DNA of 64,000 nucleotides from Oligoflexia bacterium (GTDB lineage Bacteria; Bdellovibrionota; UBA1018): NCBI GenBank assembly GCA_963758495.1, contig CAVWVI010000004.1, positions 471,587 to 535,586 of the forward strand, read 5' to 3'. Shown piece by piece: positions 58,453 to 64,000 of this stretch (position 1 is its first letter; each line of letters starts with the position of its first letter). The notes under the pieces were generated by a model. It saw only the letters and a program-made list of their open reading frames with translations, ran no database searches and was not told where the DNA came from. The position numbers and the translations under genes were made by a program.

Positions 58453-59688
58453 ATGCCGGCCAATGAATTTGAATTCCTAACCTCCCCGACGTGGCTAGAT
58501 TACACTCAGCATCGCTACCTTTCTCCAGATGAGATGAGGTATCGCATGAAGCAACAAAAAAGTCTGCCTACTGACTGGACTGAGCTAGCAAAAAAAGTAG
58601 TGAAATATAGAAAATTCGGTTCAGTTCCTCTCTTCGTAGCATCCATCGATAAGAAATTCTGGTACTTTCCCTCGGATAGTCTGACCCGGAAGATTAACGA
58701 AATCGAAAGACTGGGTATCGACCTTTATCACCGGATCAATCAACAGTCCTTATTCAAACATGATTTTCTTTTAGACTCAGCCATAGAAGAAGCAATTACC
58801 TCAGCAATCTACGAAGGTGCGCACAGCACACGAGCGCAAGCACAACAACTTATTGCATCCGGAAACAAACCTAAGAATAAAGACGAATGGATGCTTGTCA
58901 ATAATCTTAAAGCCATGCAGTGGATTCAAAACAATAGAAATAGGGACGTTACACAAGAACTTATTTTGGAATTGCATCGAATTGCCACCGAACACTCCAT
59001 GGAAGGCGACGATGCAAATTTCTCAGGAAAATTTAGAAATGACAAAATTTTTGTTGGACCCCACGAAGGGATTCAGCATGGACTTATAGAACAAGCGACA
59101 AACGAGGCAATCTTTTTAACAACCCAGAATCCACGCTATATCCATCCCTTGCTGAGAGGAATCCTATTTCATTACTTTATTGCCTATATTCATCCATTCT
59201 TTGATGGAAATGGAAGAACTGCACGAGCCCTCTTTTACTTCAACTCGATGCGAAATCATCTTGATTACATCCAGCTTCTTTCTGTTTCTGCTTATCTTAA
59301 AGAGCATGGATCTCAATATGAAAAGATATTTGAGAAAGTCGTATCGAATGATCTTGATATCACCTATTTTATAGATTTTTGTTTAGATTCAATTCATTCT
59401 GCGCTCTCGGTAGTATCCGAGAAAATCAAATATTTGCTCCAAATTACGGAGTTAAGAGAAAAAGTGGGTCTATCTACTAACCAGATAGGACTGCTACAAA
59501 GAATGGCACTTCATAAGTTCAGAACTGTAAGCATTGAGGAATATGCCGAGCAAATTGCCATGTCGAGAGAAATTGCTAGACAAGAACTCAAGTCACTCAC
59601 TGACCTGGGTCTTATTCAAGAATCTAAACTCGGCAAGAAATTAATATATGGCATCAAAAAGCCTAACCTGGATAACCTGATTAAGTGA
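58453..59688 (+). CDS. fic: Fic-family protein (class II-like, N-terminal inhibitory motif) with C-terminal winged-HTH-like domain
   Basis: Fic active-site motif HPFFDGNGRTARAL; upstream SAIYEG matches the [ST]xxxE[GN] inhibitory motif; C-terminal 70 aa HTH-like. Confidence 0.85.
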   Translation: MPANEFEFLTSPTWLDYTQHRYLSPDEMRYRMKQQKSLPTDWTELAKKVVKYRKFGSVPLFVASIDKKFWYFPSDSLTRKINEIERLGIDLYHRINQQSLFKHDFLLDSAIEEAITSAIYEGAHSTRAQAQQLIASGNKPKNKDEWMLVNNLKAMQWIQNNRNRDVTQELILELHRIATEHSMEGDDANFSGKFRNDKIFVGPHEGIQHGLIEQATNEAIFLTTQNPRYIHPLLRGILFHYFIAYIHPFFDGNGRTARALFYFNSMRNHLDYIQLLSVSAYLKEHGSQYEKIFEKVVSNDLDITYFIDFCLDSIHSALSVVSEKIKYLLQITELREKVGLSTNQIGLLQRMALHKFRTVSIEEYAEQIAMSREIARQELKSLTDLGLIQESKLGKKLIYGIKKPNLDNLIK

Positions 59689-59691
59689 GCC

Positions 59692-61098
59692 TCACCAAAA
59701 CCTCGCCAGTGGAAATCCAAATGTAATTCCTAAACTATTCGAACTGTAAGACACGGTATTAGGCTGGGCTTGCCAAGCAATATAATTCACTTCACCAAAA
59801 AGCTGCTTTCCCCATCTGAGCCAGATATTGTAATAGGCGCTACCCGAAATCGAGGGATAAATAAAGGCCCCGGCTGCTAAATTCCTTCCTCTTTGAAAAG
59901 CGTCTCTATAAATCAATTCGAACCCTTGGGGAGCCGAGAAAACTAAGTAATATTGACCTTGCGCTTTAAATCCCATGGCATGTCCGCCAATCAGAAGATT
60001 CAGGGACGCTCTCCGATCTAAAAATCGATTATTTTCGAGTTTAAGATATAATCCAACGTCTGTGTAATTGTGAGAATCCAGCGCTGTCAGTCCGAATCCG
60101 ACGACATTCACGTCTTCTGCAATAAAATAAGATCCATAGAGGGTCCCAAATACTGCAAAATTAGAAAAATCTTCTCCTCCCCCTGTAAAGCCATGGGAAT
60201 AGCCACCTACTCCCATACTCAATGAAAAAGCATGAAGTGTTTGTGCAATTTTGTAGTGAAGTAGGATTTTATGATCTTTACCCTGAAGTAACACTTGACC
60301 CGGCTGAGATTGCAGACGAAGAGGCCACATTGAGGGTGATGCAGCTTGAGTCTCCACTCCTCCTACTTGAATGGTTTGGCCCACATTATCCCAAAATGAA
60401 AATATTTCCAAACTTGCAGTCTGGCTGTTTTGGTTCATTGCACGTACTTGGCGACATCCTAAGTAAATCCAATCATCTAAACTTGGAGTCAAAGATTCAA
60501 CAGAGACGCTAAAGGGTGAGCAACTCGAATCCACATAAACGTGATTGTCTGAGTTTTGCAGTTCTGTTCCAGGCTTAAATTGAACCTGTATTTTCCCTCG
60601 AAGGACTTGATCCCCTCGTTTTACACTGATCAAGATTGGATTTTTGTCACCCGAAAGCAATGCTATCGGGATTTCAGCGTGACCATGGCTTTGCTCTCCA
60701 TGATCCTTGTCATGATCCTTGTCAATGATAAGAGGTTGCGAGAACCCAGAACTGGACACCTCCCCTCCCTGCACATTTTGGACATCCACCACGAGTCTTG
60801 CTCTAGGTAAAACGAGAACTTCTCGGACCCGAACCCATTGCAAAGATCCCTTTGCTAATTGAACTTGGAGGTCAGGAATGGGATGACTCACCCATTGAAA
60901 ATCAAAGTCTAACACATCAAAATGATTTGGAGAAAAAGCCGTAGGAACCGACTCAGATAATACTTCATCGCTCAGAGAGGGAGGAAGTATAAGAACGTTC
61001 GCACTCAATTCTCTAGATGACACTAAAAAGAGTAATATCAGCACTTTATGGAAAACTCTGGAGAACAGATTATTTTTCACAGGATGGGTCACTCTCAT
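59692..61098 (-). CDS. hypothetical outer-membrane beta-barrel-like protein
   Basis: N-terminal signal segment, His/Asp-rich insert (DKDHDKDHGEQSHGHAE), alternating aromatic pattern and C-terminal ...GFPLARFW. Confidence 0.5.
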   Translation of the reverse strand: MRVTHPVKNNLFSRVFHKVLILLFLVSSRELSANVLILPPSLSDEVLSESVPTAFSPNHFDVLDFDFQWVSHPIPDLQVQLAKGSLQWVRVREVLVLPRARLVVDVQNVQGGEVSSSGFSQPLIIDKDHDKDHGEQSHGHAEIPIALLSGDKNPILISVKRGDQVLRGKIQVQFKPGTELQNSDNHVYVDSSCSPFSVSVESLTPSLDDWIYLGCRQVRAMNQNSQTASLEIFSFWDNVGQTIQVGGVETQAASPSMWPLRLQSQPGQVLLQGKDHKILLHYKIAQTLHAFSLSMGVGGYSHGFTGGGEDFSNFAVFGTLYGSYFIAEDVNVVGFGLTALDSHNYTDVGLYLKLENNRFLDRRASLNLLIGGHAMGFKAQGQYYLVFSAPQGFELIYRDAFQRGRNLAAGAFIYPSISGSAYYNIWLRWGKQLFGEVNYIAWQAQPNTVSYSSNSLGITFGFPLARFW

Positions 61099-61266
61099 GA
61101 TCTGTCACTCTCTTCATTTTAGATTCGAAATTCACCAGAAGTCTATCAAAAGTCTACTGTCAAAAGTCTAATAAAGAGCTGCGGCCACTGAACTATCGGG
61201 TCTGATCTTCTGTTCTGGGCTTCTCTTCTGGCCTTCTGTTTTCATCAGTGGTTTAATGTTGGCACT

Positions 61267-62202
61267 ATGAATCAATCATGCAGTCCTTTGTCAGAAAGTC
61301 CCTCCGCGCGAAATAATTCAACAAAAGTCATGGGCGCACTGGCACTCGTTCAAGTTTTATTTGGGATTAATTTTATTACCTCCAAAGTCATTATCCAAGT
61401 ATTTCCGCCTCTTGCCTGGGCAAACTTTCGAGTATTTATTTCAGCAATTGCTTTATTAGGAATTGCGATCGCTACGGGGAAACCACATCCCCCTTTTAAA
61501 AAAGAATTTTTTGCCCCCCTCTGCCTCTATTCATTTTTGGGAATTGTAGTCAGTCAAAGCTCCTTTTTAATGGGCCTTCATTATACCACACCTACTAACG
61601 GTGCGATTTTAACGACCCTCATTCCCATTTTTACGCTTCTTCTTGCGACCTTAAGCGGGCAGGAACCTCTTTTTAAAAGTCGTATTTTTGGCTTTTTCTT
61701 CGCTTTAACAGGAGTTCTCATCATCCGTCGAATAGAAACCTTCACTATTTCCGACCAATCTATACTGGGAGACGGGCTGATTTTATTGAATTGCTTCAGT
61801 TACAGCCTCTTCTTACTGGTAAGCAAGAAATTTCTGGGGAAGTACCCCCCCCTATGGACGACGACTTGGTTCTTTATTATTGGAAGTCTCGAGCTCGCCA
61901 TTGTAGCAGCACCCACTTGGATTGGATTTAAATGGCCTTCTATGAACTCTTCGTTATTGGCATGTATGTTATTTTCCATTTTTGGAAGTACATTACTCGC
62001 GTATTTCCTCAACCTTTGGGCTCTTTCTCGAACTCGATCTTCCTTAGTGGCCCTCTTTATTTACCTCCAACCCGTCATTGCCAGCCTATTAAGCTGGATT
62101 TTATTTGGAGAAATCATCTCCTCTCGAACCCTCCTCTCAAGCCTTCTCATCTTCACAGGAATGATTCTTGCCTCTACCCGAAAAAAAGTAGCTGCAACTT
62201 AG
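61267..62202 (+). CDS. EamA/DMT-family transporter
   Basis: 10-TM profile with two EamA-like halves; 311 aa. Confidence 0.7.
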   Translation: MNQSCSPLSESPSARNNSTKVMGALALVQVLFGINFITSKVIIQVFPPLAWANFRVFISAIALLGIAIATGKPHPPFKKEFFAPLCLYSFLGIVVSQSSFLMGLHYTTPTNGAILTTLIPIFTLLLATLSGQEPLFKSRIFGFFFALTGVLIIRRIETFTISDQSILGDGLILLNCFSYSLFLLVSKKFLGKYPPLWTTTWFFIIGSLELAIVAAPTWIGFKWPSMNSSLLACMLFSIFGSTLLAYFLNLWALSRTRSSLVALFIYLQPVIASLLSWILFGEIISSRTLLSSLLIFTGMILASTRKKVAAT

Positions 62203-62240
62203 AATGGAAAAAAAAGCCTTTTTGATTTAGATCTGAATGA

Positions 62241-63257
62241 ATGTCAAAATCTCAATCGATTGCTATTTTACAAGGGTCCCCTCGTAAGCTTATCATCGAA
62301 TGGCTTTCTTGGTGGAATAGCCTCACTCTGCTCCAAAAGTACTCTCCTATGGTCTCCGTGAGTGCCTATTGGTTGACTCTCGCTCTTCTTAAGGGATTTC
62401 GAGGAGACCATTTAGCTGCTGGCCTGTTTATTTTAGCTTCAAGCTATTGTGGCAAAGCTGGAAGAATTTTATTAAATTTTGCCATGCCGTTTCTTCTCAC
62501 TGGCATTGTGTACGATAGTCAGCGATTTTATGCCGATTACCTCCGAGGCCCCATTCACGTTTCACAGCCTTATCTTTTTGATAAATTTTTCTTCGGAATC
62601 TCGACAGATCGTGGAGTACTCACTCCTAATGAATGGTGGCAACTCCATACGAATCCTGTGTTAGATGTCATTACAGGTTTTGCCTATTTAGTTTTTTTCA
62701 GTCTTTTCATCTTAATTTCAGCTTATTTTGTATTTTACTTAAGTAAAATAGGAACCGCTAAACTCTCCTCAAAAGAAGTCTCACAAAAGGCCATTCGGAT
62801 GCCTTGGGCTTTCTTCTGGCTTAATGTCGTGGGTTATTCTACTTATTATTGGTACGCGGCAGCTCCGCCTTGGTATGTTGCACTTTATGGTTTAGGTCCA
62901 GCACGAATGGAAGTTGCAGCCAGTTCGGCAGGTTGTGCTCGGTTTGATCTCATTCTAGGAACTCATTTTTTCTCTGAAATGTATGGTCGTGCTGCGGATG
63001 TTTTTGGTGCAATTCCATCTCTTCATGTCGCCTATCCCCTTCTCTCGGTTTATTTCGCATTTCAACTCGGTGCCGCTCGATTATTTTGTATTGGGTTTTA
63101 TCTTTTAATGTGTTTTTCAGCAGTTTACCTGAATCATCATTACATTCTAGATATTGCGTGGGGATCTACGTATGCAATGCTCACAGGTTGGTTAACCAAT
63201 CGATTTTATGAGTATTCCGAAAGTAAACAACAGAAACAGCATTTAACTTTAAAATAA
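62241..63257 (+). CDS. PAP2-superfamily membrane phosphatase/phosphotransferase-like protein
   Basis: Polytopic; C-terminal motifs PSLHVAYP and NHHYILDIAWG resemble PAP2 boxes 2 and 3. Confidence 0.5.
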   Translation: MSKSQSIAILQGSPRKLIIEWLSWWNSLTLLQKYSPMVSVSAYWLTLALLKGFRGDHLAAGLFILASSYCGKAGRILLNFAMPFLLTGIVYDSQRFYADYLRGPIHVSQPYLFDKFFFGISTDRGVLTPNEWWQLHTNPVLDVITGFAYLVFFSLFILISAYFVFYLSKIGTAKLSSKEVSQKAIRMPWAFFWLNVVGYSTYYWYAAAPPWYVALYGLGPARMEVAASSAGCARFDLILGTHFFSEMYGRAADVFGAIPSLHVAYPLLSVYFAFQLGAARLFCIGFYLLMCFSAVYLNHHYILDIAWGSTYAMLTGWLTNRFYEYSESKQQKQHLTLK

Positions 63258-63259
63258 CA

Positions 63260-63670
63260 ATGGAACTTACACCCTCCCATCATCATTCCTCCTTTTTGAC
63301 TACTTTTAGCCGTTCTCAGGTGGCTTCCCTAGTCGCCACTTTATTGGATTACGCCATCCTCTTCCTCTTCACTGAAGTATTTAAAATCTGGTATGTCATC
63401 GCGACTGCCTCTGGAGCGATCGTGGGCGCTGTGACCAATTTCCTCATCAATCGGCACTGGAGCTTTCAGGCTACTCATGGAAACTGGGAGCGCCAAGCGA
63501 GAAGATATGCACTCGCATCGATAGGAAGCCTCATTTTAAACACAGGCGGAGTTTTTCTTGTCACGGAGTACGGACGGGTGCATTATGCCATTTCTGTTAT
63601 CCTCGTGTCGGTCTTGGTTGGATTGATTTTTAACTACCCCATTTACCGTCATTATGTTTACCGATCTTAA
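63260..63670 (+). CDS. GtrA-family membrane protein
   Basis: 136 aa, four TM helices, ...AVTNFLINRHWSF motif. Confidence 0.6.
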   Translation: MELTPSHHHSSFLTTFSRSQVASLVATLLDYAILFLFTEVFKIWYVIATASGAIVGAVTNFLINRHWSFQATHGNWERQARRYALASIGSLILNTGGVFLVTEYGRVHYAISVILVSVLVGLIFNYPIYRHYVYRS

Positions 63671-63687
63671 AAAGTGAGAGGTTTTCG

Positions 63688-64000
63688 ATGATTAAAAAAG
63701 CTAAAGTCGTAACAGAAATTCCTGGACCTAAAAGCCGTGAAGTCCGTGCCCGAGAAGAAAAACACCTCGCACCTGGACTTCAACGTTTCGCCCTGATGGC
63801 CGGACTTGTCATCGAAAAAGGCCAGGGCAGTACTGTAACGGACGTAGACGGGAATGTATTCATTGATATTATTGGTGGAATTGGTGTCAATGGTTTGGGC
63901 CATAGCCACCCCAAATACGTCAAAGCCATTCAAAACCAAGTCGAAAAACTCTCTGTAGGCAGCTTCACTTCCGAGCCTCGAGTTGAGCTCCTAGAGCGTA
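63688..64000 (+). CDS. class-III (omega) aminotransferase, N-terminal part (3' end outside the window)
   Basis: ATG at 63688 after GAGAGG; translation MIKKAKVVTEIPGPKSREV...VTDVDGNVFIDIIGGIGVNGLGHSHPKYVKAIQNQ runs to the window edge. Confidence 0.7.
   Translation, partial: MIKKAKVVTEIPGPKSREVRAREEKHLAPGLQRFALMAGLVIEKGQGSTVTDVDGNVFIDIIGGIGVNGLGHSHPKYVKAIQNQVEKLSVGSFTSEPRVELLER

Noticed and set aside
63667-63939. Minus-strand ORF 63667..63939
   Set aside because: Antisense to a plus-strand frame with a strong class-III aminotransferase N-terminal pattern and a proper RBS
1-64000. rRNA or tRNA genes
   Set aside because: No stretch resembling a tRNA acceptor/anticodon arrangement or rRNA was found by eye in intergenic regions; this is not an exhaustive computational scan

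Overview
This 64 kb window is a gene-dense stretch of a bacterial chromosome, moderately AT-rich by eye, with about 66 protein-coding features and no rRNA, tRNA or CRISPR array that I could recognise. The gene content (an Mla/MCE-type lipid ABC transporter, outer-membrane beta-barrel candidates, a MepA-like murein endopeptidase, an SLT transglycosylase) points to a diderm (Gram-negative) organism; the taxon cannot be assigned without a database search. Housekeeping loci present: a partial sigma-70-family sigma factor, rpsO-pnp with a strong terminator, tmk-holB running by overlaps into a five-gene Mla-like operon, aspS-glpD, an aspartase/fumarase-class lyase, folA, and a thyA whose frame is interrupted in this sequence. 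Between them lies accessory-looking material: a phospholipase-D/DedA-like fusion operon, an HNH endonuclease next to an SrkA-like kinase, two paralogous AAA ATPase genes 21 kb apart, a nucleotidyltransferase-BON/metallophosphoesterase pair, a response-regulator-TPR/DUF2156-rhomboid pair, a two-kinase sensory cluster, an ImmA/IrrE-like peptidase remnant, a GC-richer ArsR-SRPBCC cassette, and a class-II Fic gene behind a perfect 45-bp palindrome. The three observations I rate highest are: (1) the Mla-like transporter is built from two different ATPases and two different permeases whose degenerate ATP-site motifs are complementary; (2) thyA carries two compensating single-base frame changes and a diverged direct repeat of its last ~210 bp lies 1.5 kb away, bracketing an SLT/DUF4160 cassette; (3) a lipoprotein-like gene contains ten perfect in-frame 18-bp repeats (SYGTGN x10) and ends in a J-domain-like tail. 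I did not find one system I can confidently call undescribed; these are the best candidates. All functional calls are motif-level readings of the supplied translations; no searches or computations were run, and GC statements are by eye.
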